Shown here: piece after piece, positions 49,946-59,386 of the stretch | How positions within the stretch are numbered: the first letter of the stretch is position 1 | How the letters are laid out: each line of letters opens with the position of its first letter | Source of the DNA: a virus | Direction: 5' to 3' (one strand) | IMG/VR virus record: IMGVR_UViG_3300009103_002144 | Coordinates: 45,193 to 109,192 of that record | Length of the DNA: 64,000 nucleotides | Made by a program: the position numbers and the translations under genes | The notes under the pieces: model-generated | What the model was told of the DNA's origin: nothing | What the model saw: only the letters and a program-made list of their open reading frames with translations | Databases searched by the model: none

Positions 49946-50406
49946 ATATTTTCCCGCGATATCCCGAGATCAACTAGTCTTTCTGTTTCTTTTTCGTCTA
50001 AAAAGGTTAGTCGCTTAGAGTCGAATCCATATTTTATGAAGATCTCCTCCCCCTTTTTTATGTCTCTTTTCGCGTAATATAGTATTGCTCTTTCGGAGCC
50101 CTCCCTGAATTTCCAAAATGCGTTTGGATAGGAGCTGTGATTGTATATACCACCATATCCCATAGCTAAAGCATGAGTACCATCAGGAACCTTAAATACA
50201 TACGATTTTAGAAGGTGCTCTTTTCCATACATTTCGAGCCAATCAGCTAAGAGCGCAGGAGTAAAACAAAGATAGGGTGAAGCTTCGAAACAAGTATGTA
50301 GCGGAATATCTTTAGTTGCAAATACACCAAGACCATCCACCGTGGACTCTTTTACCACCACGTTATCAATAAAGTAGCCCTTTATAAATTCTCTTTCTCG
50401 AAACAC
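49942..50406 (-). CDS. SET-domain lysine methyltransferase
   Basis: STVDGLGVFATKDI, YNHSSYPNA, AKRDIKKGEEIFIKYG. Likely GTG start at 50406, just after the prkA stop. Confidence 0.9.
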   Translation of the reverse strand: MFREREFIKGYFIDNVVVKESTVDGLGVFATKDIPLHTCFEASPYLCFTPALLADWLEMYGKEHLLKSYVFKVPDGTHALAMGYGGIYNHSSYPNAFWKFREGSERAILYYAKRDIKKGEEIFIKYGFDSKRLTFLDEKETERLVDLGISRENI

Positions 50407-50407
50407 A

Positions 50408-52336
50408 CTAGCTATCTCTCCAGAGATTATTACTTGCGTATACCAACACTTCTTCTGCTGATTCGGGAGTATAGCCGTATTCGTCGATAAGCGTCTGAAC
50501 CATGCTTGAGTATTTAACCTTCTGCTCATCATCTCGCGTCTTAGACTTAGTAACGATTCTAGCTAAGTCTTTTACAGAACTAATCAGGTAAGTTTCGATC
50601 GCTTCCTTAAGGGGCTCATACGATGTGTAGTCCACAATCTCGCCTCTGCGCATTTTTGCGAACATATACGCTGTAACGTCAGCTCGAAACCCCTCTCGCC
50701 CGGATTGGCTTACGCCAATAGAGCCCTCAATTGATCTCATAAACTCTTCATCAGGCTTCATCTCTTCTTTGGTCACCCTGTCTTTTAGCTTGCACTTCGT
50801 TGTAAATGCTTCTGCGTTATCAAGATAATTTTCAAAAATAGACTGGGCTTGCTCTTCGTACGCGGTGATGAATGCTTTCGCAATTTCATTCTCTAGTAAG
50901 CGTAGGTATTCATTTCTTACGGTATTTCTAATCAACTCAAGGCAGTGTGTTGCGAATTCTTTATCGATCAATTGTTCTTTGCATTGCTTCATTAGAGAAT
51001 CAAGAATTGAAACCGGAGTAACGAAGTCTTTATCAGAATCGCTAAGAGCATTATCAATCGCTTTCATGATAAACCTTGTGGATATACCATTCATGCCCTC
51101 GTTAGACGATTCATCTCTAAGATCATTAATGTCGATTTTTTTCACACGACCCTTTTCAACGACTTCTTCGCCATTATAGATTTTTAGCTTCGTCAATAAG
51201 TCACATTTCTGACTTGGCTTTAGACGACTTAAGATAGAAAACATTGATGCGACCCTAAGGGTGTGGGGAGCAATATGAATATCAAAGTTAGACAAGCTAA
51301 GAATCTTCTCGTAAATCTTTATTTCAGACTCCAGCTCTAAGACATAAGGAACGTTTACTTTTACGATTCGGTCCAAGATAGCTTCATTTGTATGTTCACT
51401 CTGGAATCTATTCCATTCAGCTTCGTTGCAGTGGGCAAGAATAACTCCATCGAAATGAATCATATCATGCTTTCCGGGGGACGGTACTCTCTTCTCCTGG
51501 GTTGCGGTAATAATCGTATGGAGAAACTCAATCTCATTCTTAAAGACCTCCACAAGTTCGACTATGCCCCTATTACCAACGTTGAACGCACCGTTTAATG
51601 AAAGCGACCGAGGATCATCTTCAGAGTATTTATCAAGTTTTGAGATATCTTCCGAACCGATCAGCACAGAAACATCTTGGCTGTTCGCATCCATTGGAGG
51701 AACAGACGCAACACCTCTTCTAGCTCGTTGAGAGAAAGTAGTTTCGGTGACTGAAAACTTTTCGTATTCTCCGCCATACTCTTCGAATAAAAGGTGCCGA
51801 GCTACTGGAGAAATATCTCCCTCGATTGCAACCCCAAGCATTTCTTTCATTTGACTTCTTAGAGACCTTGGGATCAACTGTAGCGGCTCTCCTCTTTGAG
51901 GGTCTCCCTCTAAGTGATAATAAGGTAAACCCTCTAATGAACTTTTTATATGTTCAGTTAAAGCAGATTTACCTGCACCAACAGGACCCATTAACAAAAG
52001 AACCTGCCGATTCTCTTCGCCTTTCATAGCAGCCGACCTCATATATCTCATAATCTTTGAGATAACCCTTTCCATTCCAAAGAATTGTCCTTGAAAATAA
52101 TCAAAGGTTTTGATGTCGTCCCCATCAAACAACTTATGCTTTCTGGGATCTGTATCGTCAAGAGTGCCAACGCCTCTATCGACAATCGCATCATACAATC
52201 TCTTATGTGCATGATCAGTAATTGACTTATCTTCTTCCACAAGCGCAAGATAATCGAGGAGAGTTCCCTTGAATTTTTCTTTCTTGCTTTTAGCCCGCTG
52301 GGACTTGATGATGTCTAAATATTTGTTCTTTGACAT
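50408..52336 (-). CDS. prkA: PrkA/YeaG AAA+ serine protein kinase family
   Basis: FFGME, LMGPVGAGKS, GNRGIVELVEVFK, HCNEAEW, IAPHTL, YGY...AEEVLVYASNNLWR. Confidence 0.95.
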   Translation of the reverse strand: MSKNKYLDIIKSQRAKSKKEKFKGTLLDYLALVEEDKSITDHAHKRLYDAIVDRGVGTLDDTDPRKHKLFDGDDIKTFDYFQGQFFGMERVISKIMRYMRSAAMKGEENRQVLLLMGPVGAGKSALTEHIKSSLEGLPYYHLEGDPQRGEPLQLIPRSLRSQMKEMLGVAIEGDISPVARHLLFEEYGGEYEKFSVTETTFSQRARRGVASVPPMDANSQDVSVLIGSEDISKLDKYSEDDPRSLSLNGAFNVGNRGIVELVEVFKNEIEFLHTIITATQEKRVPSPGKHDMIHFDGVILAHCNEAEWNRFQSEHTNEAILDRIVKVNVPYVLELESEIKIYEKILSLSNFDIHIAPHTLRVASMFSILSRLKPSQKCDLLTKLKIYNGEEVVEKGRVKKIDINDLRDESSNEGMNGISTRFIMKAIDNALSDSDKDFVTPVSILDSLMKQCKEQLIDKEFATHCLELIRNTVRNEYLRLLENEIAKAFITAYEEQAQSIFENYLDNAEAFTTKCKLKDRVTKEEMKPDEEFMRSIEGSIGVSQSGREGFRADVTAYMFAKMRRGEIVDYTSYEPLKEAIETYLISSVKDLARIVTKSKTRDDEQKVKYSSMVQTLIDEYGYTPESAEEVLVYASNNLWRDS

Positions 52337-52351
52337 TAAGTTTCTCCCGAA

Positions 52352-53662
52352 TTAGATTTCAAAGGGTTCATCCTCTATTATCGTGTCCAATTTAACTATA
52401 TCGCCCCACAATCGTTGGATATGTTTTACCACAGCATCCCCATAATCGAGGTCTAAATCTCTTCCCTCATGTTCATGCTCTAGAGCCAATATTCCACCAT
52501 CAATGATTTCTGAAATAGTTATTATGGGTATATTATTCCCCCCCACCTGATTGATAAGGTCTTCTTTTACTTTTTTCCATCCATCATCATCTGCGACATC
52601 GTCAATTAGATAATCATTTTTATGAAGTGAAAAACTAAATAAGTTCAACTCTTCGCAGTCCTTCTCGGTTAGATATTGTCTCAAGAATGCTTCATCATTT
52701 AGTGACTCTCTGGCTATGAAGCATTCTTCTAATCCATATCTTTCTTCGATCTTCTGAAACAGAAAGAACCCAAGGTGGTAAGGGTTTATCGATCCAAGAT
52801 GGGGTCGAACAACTTCATTATGCATTTTTAAGAAGGGAAGATGTAGTCCTGAATCCAGATCAAGCTCATGCATTAATCGATAATGCCAATATGACGCCCA
52901 TCCTTCATTCATTATCTTTGTCCTGATTTGCGGCATAAAATACTGAGCATCATCAAGTACGATCCAAAGCAATTCTCGTTCCCACTCTTCAAGATTCGGA
53001 GACATTTCAGCTATAAAAGCTATTAAATTTTCTTCTCTAGAGATTGGATACACATCAGGATTGGGGGTCGTTTTTTTCTTTTTATAGTATCCTGACTTTA
53101 TGTCTATGATTAACTCTTTTCTTTGTTCTTTTTGACTGACATATTTTTTATACTGTCGTGGTACGTGAAGAGATAGCGCATGCGCTGCATCCAAAATTTC
53201 TTCAACTCTTTGCACTCCGATGCTGGGATCTTCTACGAGTTGATCGATATATCTTTTTGCATTTCTCATTCTAAGAATAACTTGGTCCGGTCGGGTGTGA
53301 CAGAATGTTATGTTGTTCTTAAAGAAGTCCGAGTGACCAATACAGTGTGCCATGATCAATATTTGAAGATACAATGGATTTTCTTCCATCAAGTATGCTA
53401 GCGATGGATCGCTGTTAATAATGAGTTCATAAGGTAGTCCCTCTAATCCAGCATTATACATTGTGTGAGTTCGTTCAAAGCTTTTCCCAAAGCTCCAGTG
53501 TCCGTAATGGGATGGCATCCCATGGTAGGCCATGGTCCCAATCATCTCATAATAATCACATGTTTCATAAAGAATGGGAAACCAATCAAGGCCATGATCT
53601 TCTGCCATCTTAATTAACTTAGCATCCCACTTTTGTAATTCTTCCAAAAATGATGACATCAC
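52352..53662 (-). CDS. spoVR: SpoVR/YcgB family protein
   Basis: GMPSHYGHWSFGK, YELIINSDP, AHCIGHSDFFKNN, TKIMNEGWASYWH, NPYHLG. Confidence 0.95.
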   Translation of the reverse strand: MMSSFLEELQKWDAKLIKMAEDHGLDWFPILYETCDYYEMIGTMAYHGMPSHYGHWSFGKSFERTHTMYNAGLEGLPYELIINSDPSLAYLMEENPLYLQILIMAHCIGHSDFFKNNITFCHTRPDQVILRMRNAKRYIDQLVEDPSIGVQRVEEILDAAHALSLHVPRQYKKYVSQKEQRKELIIDIKSGYYKKKKTTPNPDVYPISREENLIAFIAEMSPNLEEWERELLWIVLDDAQYFMPQIRTKIMNEGWASYWHYRLMHELDLDSGLHLPFLKMHNEVVRPHLGSINPYHLGFFLFQKIEERYGLEECFIARESLNDEAFLRQYLTEKDCEELNLFSFSLHKNDYLIDDVADDDGWKKVKEDLINQVGGNNIPIITISEIIDGGILALEHEHEGRDLDLDYGDAVVKHIQRLWGDIVKLDTIIEDEPFEI

Positions 53663-54822
53663 ATCTCTCCCTTGAAGAATCTTCTAAAAGCCGTCCAGAT
53701 ATCGTCTTTTGAATAAATCCCAGCTAACTTAAATTTATCGCACTCTAGCTGTTCGTAAAGCTTACTAAGTGTAGTATCACTAAGCCACTTCAGTCTTTCT
53801 TGATTCGGCTCTATCTCACAATACCCAAAAAATTGAATTTTGTCAAGAAGTGAATTGATTATATTAAGACACACATTATTGTCAGTCGGCCAGTTATCAC
53901 CATCAGAGCACTGGAAAACGTATGTGTTCCAGCTAGACTTGTGATATCTAGAACCTATTATGTCATCAGCCATTTTCAATGCTGATGACACCATAGTACC
54001 ACCACCTGATCCGCGACCAAAGAATTGCTCTTCTGTAACTTCATAAGCTTCTACATCATGAGCGATAAATACAATCTCTACCTTATCATACTTGGACCTA
54101 ATAAAGTGATATAGAAGAAAGAAAAAGCTTCTGGCTAAAAATTTCTTTTCTTTTGTCATAGATCCGGAGATGTCCATCAAGAACAGTATTGCTGCATTCG
54201 AAGACTTTTTCTCGGTTACCTTGTAATGCTTATAACGAAGGTCTTTTTCATGAAACGAGAATTCATCTTCATCACTCGCCAGCTTTCCAGTTCTTTTTGC
54301 TTTATTCTTCCTTTTTAATTTTTGTATTACCGTTTTCTTTTTGTCAAGTCTCGGTCTGATACCTTGTGATCGATATCCTTTTCTTTTTATTTTTTTTGCA
54401 ATAACTTGAGCATTTCTTTTCTTTTCAAAATTGGGTAATTCAAGATCATTAAACAAGTAGTCAGCAAGTTGCTCCAGGGTTAGTTCAACTTCGTAATATT
54501 CTTCACCTTTTTCCTGTCCAGGCTTATCAGGTTTTCCTCTACCCTGTTTTTCTTTTTCGCCAATCTTCTGACCGCGCTGGACATCTTTTCCCTGAGCTGA
54601 CCCAACTCTTCTAGACCCATTATCTCCATATACGAAACGATACTCTTTAATTCCACGAACGGGTATCTTGAATTTTTTCTTTCCGTCCTTGCCAATAATT
54701 GACTCTTCAGCCACAATATTGTGAATGCCCTCTTTAATCGCTTTCTCGATCTTCTTACGGTGACGGGCCCGATCCGATGCTGATCTATCGGCAATTGTTT
54801 TATGACGTCGGAAAATTGACAT
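53659..54822 (-). CDS. yhbH: YhbH/YeaH (DUF444) vWA-like protein
   Basis: DRARHRKKI, IKEYRFVYG, LELPN, DLRY, LMDISGSM, GGTMVSSA, SDGDNW, GYCEI. Confidence 0.93.
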   Translation of the reverse strand: MSIFRRHKTIADRSASDRARHRKKIEKAIKEGIHNIVAEESIIGKDGKKKFKIPVRGIKEYRFVYGDNGSRRVGSAQGKDVQRGQKIGEKEKQGRGKPDKPGQEKGEEYYEVELTLEQLADYLFNDLELPNFEKKRNAQVIAKKIKRKGYRSQGIRPRLDKKKTVIQKLKRKNKAKRTGKLASDEDEFSFHEKDLRYKHYKVTEKKSSNAAILFLMDISGSMTKEKKFLARSFFFLLYHFIRSKYDKVEIVFIAHDVEAYEVTEEQFFGRGSGGGTMVSSALKMADDIIGSRYHKSSWNTYVFQCSDGDNWPTDNNVCLNIINSLLDKIQFFGYCEIEPNQERLKWLSDTTLSKLYEQLECDKFKLAGIYSKDDIWTAFRRFFKGEM

Positions 54823-54848
54823 ATAAACCTCTGTATTAACTATTCAGA

Positions 54849-55271
54849 TTATAGAAGACAGACTGCTTTAAGAAAGTAACCTGCTTCGATATGGTCAACA
54901 AGATAGGACAAACAATTGGATATTGCCTTGTCTTTCGTCACCCATTCATATCCTTCATGCTCCAATATTCCAGAATGCGGATTAGGCGTGATTTGAGGGA
55001 TCTTATCTGTGATAGCAGAATATGTTGCCAGACGATCGTCTTTCAAAGTCGGGAGTGGTGCTAGCATTTCTTGAGGCTCTACGAATATTGAGCACTCCTC
55101 GAATGTTTCTCTTTTAGCAGCAGTAATATCACTTTCTCCTCTATCGATCACGCCCTTAGGAATATCATATTTCCCATCATTACGAATTAACACAAGCATC
55201 AGGTCTGGATTATCTGCTTTGAAAATTACAAATCCGGCGCCCTGTTTATTCTTTCCCTCGGTCATAGTCAT
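54849..55271 (-). CDS. NUDIX hydrolase
   Basis: PKGVIDRGESDITAAKRETFEEC Nudix box. GAG at the N-terminus and EH..YEW. Confidence 0.9.
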   Translation of the reverse strand: MTMTEGKNKQGAGFVIFKADNPDLMLVLIRNDGKYDIPKGVIDRGESDITAAKRETFEECSIFVEPQEMLAPLPTLKDDRLATYSAITDKIPQITPNPHSGILEHEGYEWVTKDKAISNCLSYLVDHIEAGYFLKAVCLL

Positions 55272-55584
55272 CCTCCAATCTTACCACATCTTCTAAATAA
55301 GGTGTGCTAACTTCAATGACTTCAACGCTGGTTTCATTTGCGCCAAAGCGATGTACCTGTCCTACGTTGATGTGCAAAGAATTTCCCGGCATAACTTTGG
55401 TAATTGTACCATCATCTTCGTAATTGTAGAGTACTCCCTTAAGAACATATACTGTCTCTTCTTTGATCATGTGAAATTGTTTTGATAACCGATGACCAGC
55501 ATTGATATGCAAAAGCTTACCAACGTATGCATTTGTTTCGGCCCATACTACTTCATAACCCCAGGGTTTTTCAATTTTTCTCAT
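55246..55584 (-). CDS. Cupin (mannose-6-phosphate isomerase-like)
   Basis: KPWG, LSKQFH..KEET.YV, HRF, IEVSTP...DVVRLEDDY. Confidence 0.85.
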   Translation of the reverse strand: MRKIEKPWGYEVVWAETNAYVGKLLHINAGHRLSKQFHMIKEETVYVLKGVLYNYEDDGTITKVMPGNSLHINVGQVHRFGANETSVEVIEVSTPYLEDVVRLEDDYDRGKE

Positions 55585-56077
55585 TCTTTTCTGCCTCTTC
55601 TAATAGCCAAGATGAGCTTTGCACTTTTCCTCCACCGACGTTGAAAATGACCTTACACCCAACTTCCTGACATATATCCCATTCCGGTATATCTTTTGGC
55701 TCGGCTCTATCTCCACCCTTCGTGAAAAAATCGGGTTTAAGATCAGCAATCGCTCCGATAACCGTTTGACCACCATCATCCCAAATAATTGCTGCATCTA
55801 CCCCTCGGATTCCAGCGATTATTTCTGCTCTTTCAGCAGCAGGCATAAAAGCCCTTCCCTTTTTTCGTTTCAGAAATCCATCTCCGTTAACAATGACAGC
55901 TACATACCCGCCATCTTGTTCTGCCATATCAACTGTTTCGAGGATGCATCTTAGGTGACCAACATGAAGAGGGTCGAACCCTCCTGATGTCATATAGACG
56001 TTGATCCCCTTTCCTCCCCAAATTCCATCTCTGTCGATATACTCTCTAAATTCTTTGACTGATGCGTAAACTTTCAT
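55571..56077 (-). CDS. Cytidylyltransferase-like (HxGH) nucleotidyltransferase
   Basis: SGGFDPLHVGH, ERAEII, KGGDR, QSSS. Confidence 0.88.
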   Translation of the reverse strand: MKVYASVKEFREYIDRDGIWGGKGINVYMTSGGFDPLHVGHLRCILETVDMAEQDGGYVAVIVNGDGFLKRKKGRAFMPAAERAEIIAGIRGVDAAIIWDDGGQTVIGAIADLKPDFFTKGGDRAEPKDIPEWDICQEVGCKVIFNVGGGKVQSSSWLLEEAEKNEKN

Positions 56078-57708
56078 TTTTGTAAACTATCCTTGAACCC
56101 CTGCGGGAACATTGAACGATTTCTATTATAAAACATCTCAAAATCTGAGTCTAAGATGTACGTAATCGCGGTGTCTTCATTGGACCTAACTGACCGACCT
56201 GCAGCCTGAACTATTGTCTTCGCCGTTTGTAGTGGATACCACCATTTCCACTTATTCATCTTTTTTCGTACTAGCTTATCGCCTAAGTATGGATACGGCA
56301 CCTTACAGATGATCTGGAACCGACTTAAGTCACCTTTGAGGTCAACACCTTCAGTCATGGATGGTGAGATGAGTACGGTGGCCTTCCTGGCCTTCATATG
56401 CTTTTCTAAAACCTTCTCTCTGTTTTCAGAATTATGAATTAACAAACGAGCGCTACGAACGTTTCTCTTGATATAATTCGCGACTTTATAAGAATGACAA
56501 TGAATAATTCCCTTATCATTCTTATGCTGTTCTAAAATAGCTTTCACTGCTTGTACCATTCTTGGAAGCGTATCATCGATTGTTTTTGAGCTCATTTTTC
56601 CAATACCACTATAAATAACCGGCCGGTTTTCAATAGGAAACGGACTAGGTAGACTGATAAAAGCTGCTTTATCCTCGGGAATTCCGACGCTTTCTGTGAA
56701 TGCTTTTTTATCAAGAATAGTTGCAGACATCAGAATAACGACTTCACCGTAATTGTATAAATGCTCATTCGCAAATGGAGCGATATCGATCGGTTTAAAT
56801 TCGATTTTTCGCCCAGAGCGTCCATCCGCTGCAATCTCATTCATGACCCAATTTTCAGAGTTGTATAATTTCAAAAATCTTCGAACCTTACAGACATGCT
56901 TATCCATGACCTCAAACTTCTTAGCAATGGATGCGAATTCTCCAGACTTAATCTTCTCTGTTAATCCCACATATTTTTCTAACATCTGCTCTAAATGCTT
57001 AAGCTTCCCAGCGATTGTTGGGACGTACGTCTCTTCAATCCACTTTACATACTTCGCAGCAGTCAAAGACTTGGGAACTTCAAAATTGAGAAAACTTTTA
57101 CAAAATCGATTTGAGATTGTAATCTCGATGAACTTGCTTAATTGCGAATCAACATTATGCGCTTCATCAATGATGAGTACTTGTCGAGGAGTTAGTTTTC
57201 CAGCGTACTGTGTTTCCGCTAAAAAATATGGAAAGTTAGTTACTCCTTCTGGAGACTTCAGGAAACTTTCCTTTGCATTTCGATATACACAATTAAACGT
57301 ACAAGCTTTCCAAAATGCGCTTCCCTTCTCTGCTGTCTTTAGGGTCCTTAAGCTCTCCCCACAAGAAGTTTTTTTATTAAACCTACAAGTATAATTTGAG
57401 GATGACTTAATCGATTTCATTGGTCCGGAAAATCCGCCGAAATCTTTAACGTATTGTTCTTGTAGTATTTTTTGTGTTGTTAAGAAATAAGATCCCCGAT
57501 CGAATAACCCTGCTGTGTTTGACAGCTTTTCGGTGAGGTATCTAGCGACAGTTAAACCCACCGCGCTTTTACCAACCCCTGTACCCGCTTCAATGATGAT
57601 GAACCGCTTACCCTCTGTAAGGTGCTTATTAAGCGCAAATTCGATCGCTTCCTTTTGCTGTGGTCTAATTTGTTTATATGGAAAATGTTTAGAATATTGA
57701 AGGCTCAT
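56074..57708 (-). CDS. DinG/XPD-like SF2 helicase
   Basis: RPQQ, EAGTGVGKS, Cys cluster, DEAH, MSAT, EGVD, QAAGRSVR. Confidence 0.92.
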   Translation of the reverse strand: MSLQYSKHFPYKQIRPQQKEAIEFALNKHLTEGKRFIIIEAGTGVGKSAVGLTVARYLTEKLSNTAGLFDRGSYFLTTQKILQEQYVKDFGGFSGPMKSIKSSSNYTCRFNKKTSCGESLRTLKTAEKGSAFWKACTFNCVYRNAKESFLKSPEGVTNFPYFLAETQYAGKLTPRQVLIIDEAHNVDSQLSKFIEITISNRFCKSFLNFEVPKSLTAAKYVKWIEETYVPTIAGKLKHLEQMLEKYVGLTEKIKSGEFASIAKKFEVMDKHVCKVRRFLKLYNSENWVMNEIAADGRSGRKIEFKPIDIAPFANEHLYNYGEVVILMSATILDKKAFTESVGIPEDKAAFISLPSPFPIENRPVIYSGIGKMSSKTIDDTLPRMVQAVKAILEQHKNDKGIIHCHSYKVANYIKRNVRSARLLIHNSENREKVLEKHMKARKATVLISPSMTEGVDLKGDLSRFQIICKVPYPYLGDKLVRKKMNKWKWWYPLQTAKTIVQAAGRSVRSNEDTAITYILDSDFEMFYNRNRSMFPQGFKDSLQK

Positions 57709-57755
57709 GCAAAACTCCTTGTACTTATTGTACGTTTCTCATAGGAGTTTTACAT
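57707..57755 (-). promoter_or_regulatory. RBS-sequestering hairpin with embedded promoter
   Basis: 13-bp stem AUGUAAAACUCCU / AGGAGUUUUGCAU covers the SD and AUG. TGTAAA-N16-TACAAT lies inside it. Confidence 0.65.
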
Positions 57756-58546
57756 CATTCCTGAAGCTTTTTAATCAGCTGCTGGATAATCTCGATTGTA
57801 TTCTCTGGACCAGTTGTTTGCCATGCTCGACCTTCTTTTTTGAGCGCCTCATAAATGTGCCAGTCATTACCACCGACTTCACATCGATCACCAATGAAAT
57901 ATATTTCTCGCTCCGGATAGTGTTGTAATCCGTATGTTTTATTCCACCCATCTGGATAGATATCAAAACTGGTTGTACCGCCCAGTGCCACAGTCACCGG
58001 AATTTTTTCAGTTTTGAGATATTTTTGCAGCTCTTCCATGTAGGTCTCTCTTATCTTCCACTCTTCATCTTGACAAGCCCACCCATATCGAAGTGTATTA
58101 TTCGCTATTCTACCAATAGGGCACCAATTTAATAGCGAACCTCGATATTGAAAAAACGTTCCGGTAAAATTAACATCGGGATAAAGCATTGCAATTTCAG
58201 CTTGATGTTCGAATAACCATCGCATAATTTTTTTGTAGGCTCTTGGATTGATATTTTTTATCATATCAGCTTCGTGAAGCATTTCATATGAAGCAGCTTT
58301 CCATCGAAGTAGTTTAGTCCCATTACAAGGAAGAAGGTCAACGTTTGTTATATCAACTCCACCCACCTCAAACATGGCGGCACATTGTTCTTGGATATAC
58401 TCTAAGTCTGAGCCTGATATTATTCCAATCTTTGCAAATTTCTCAAGAGACCTAAGAGCAGATATAACGTTATTTCCTATATTCTCTCTTGGGGGTGTTA
58501 GTGTACCGTCCATATCGAATAGTACCACTGCATTTTTTGTTATCAT
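57755..58546 (-). CDS. Eukaryote-type phosphomannomutase (HAD-IIB)
   Basis: LFDMDGTLTPPR, SGSD, RGSLLNWCPIGR, GGTTSFDIYPDGWNKTY, FIGDRCEVGGND. Confidence 0.92.
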   Translation of the reverse strand: MITKNAVVLFDMDGTLTPPRENIGNNVISALRSLEKFAKIGIISGSDLEYIQEQCAAMFEVGGVDITNVDLLPCNGTKLLRWKAASYEMLHEADMIKNINPRAYKKIMRWLFEHQAEIAMLYPDVNFTGTFFQYRGSLLNWCPIGRIANNTLRYGWACQDEEWKIRETYMEELQKYLKTEKIPVTVALGGTTSFDIYPDGWNKTYGLQHYPEREIYFIGDRCEVGGNDWHIYEALKKEGRAWQTTGPENTIEIIQQLIKKLQE

Positions 58547-58603
58547 TTTCAGAAACTCTCGCTAGGTGATAAGTAAATTTAGGCAGTTTAATTTGGAAAG
58601 TGC

Positions 58604-59386
58604 ATGAATAGTAAAAAATATAGCTGGATAATTCCACTCTCACTTTTCATTCTTACATTGGTGAGTGTAGCAAATTTTATGCTTATAACGCTTGATGTAA
58701 GACAAGATAACGACTCACTAAGAAGAGCAGAAACCTATTTTCCAATTGAGTCATTTGTAATGGTAACACAAGACCTCGTAACGTTTCAACAAATTTGTAA
58801 TTCAGAGGGTGAAGATTGTTTACCTGTTTCCGTTCCACAGTTTCAAATGTCTGGAACGGGGTCAGGGGTGATTGTAGGGCAACAAGACGGTAAATCACTA
58901 GTTGTCACCGCAGGTCATGTCTGTGTAAATAATAGCGTTCGGGTACCTATGACTGAGGATTTGACTAGTCAGTATACCATTAGTTTAGAAACCGGATATG
59001 GAGAAACAGGATACGGTACAGTAATCGCAATCGATATGCCAAATGATTTATGTCTTCTAATATCGGACACCTATCTCGGACCAGCTCTAGAAATAGCAGA
59101 TGAAGAACCGTTGCTACATGAAAAAGTATATAACATGGCATCACCTTTAGGGCTAGCCGTTCCAGTTGCTGTTCCAGTTTTTGATGGCTACTTTTCAGGT
59201 CAGGTATCAACGTTATATATTTTTACAATCCCAGCAGCCCCGGGTTCAAGCGGCTCTCCGGTGATGAATAAAAACCGAGAGGTTGTCTCTATTATTAACG
59301 CAGCTGCCGTAAGTTTCGATGAATATGCAATTGGATGCAGAACACAAGCGTTAAGGAACTTCTTAATTTCTGCTGGAGTACTCTAG
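58604..59386 (+). CDS. Membrane-anchored trypsin-like serine protease
   Basis: N-terminal TM. GSG, TAGHVC, NDLCL, PGSSGSPV catalytic triad motifs. Confidence 0.88.
   Translation: MNSKKYSWIIPLSLFILTLVSVANFMLITLDVRQDNDSLRRAETYFPIESFVMVTQDLVTFQQICNSEGEDCLPVSVPQFQMSGTGSGVIVGQQDGKSLVVTAGHVCVNNSVRVPMTEDLTSQYTISLETGYGETGYGTVIAIDMPNDLCLLISDTYLGPALEIADEEPLLHEKVYNMASPLGLAVPVAVPVFDGYFSGQVSTLYIFTIPAAPGSSGSPVMNKNREVVSIINAAAVSFDEYAIGCRTQALRNFLISAGVL

Noticed and set aside
50407-50532. N-terminal extension of the SET ORF
   Set aside because: Overlaps the prkA 3' end. GTG at 50406 with an upstream GGAG is a better start.
56753-57394. 213-aa + strand ORF and many similar short + strand ORFs
   Set aside because: Antisense shadows of well-supported minus-strand genes with no motifs.
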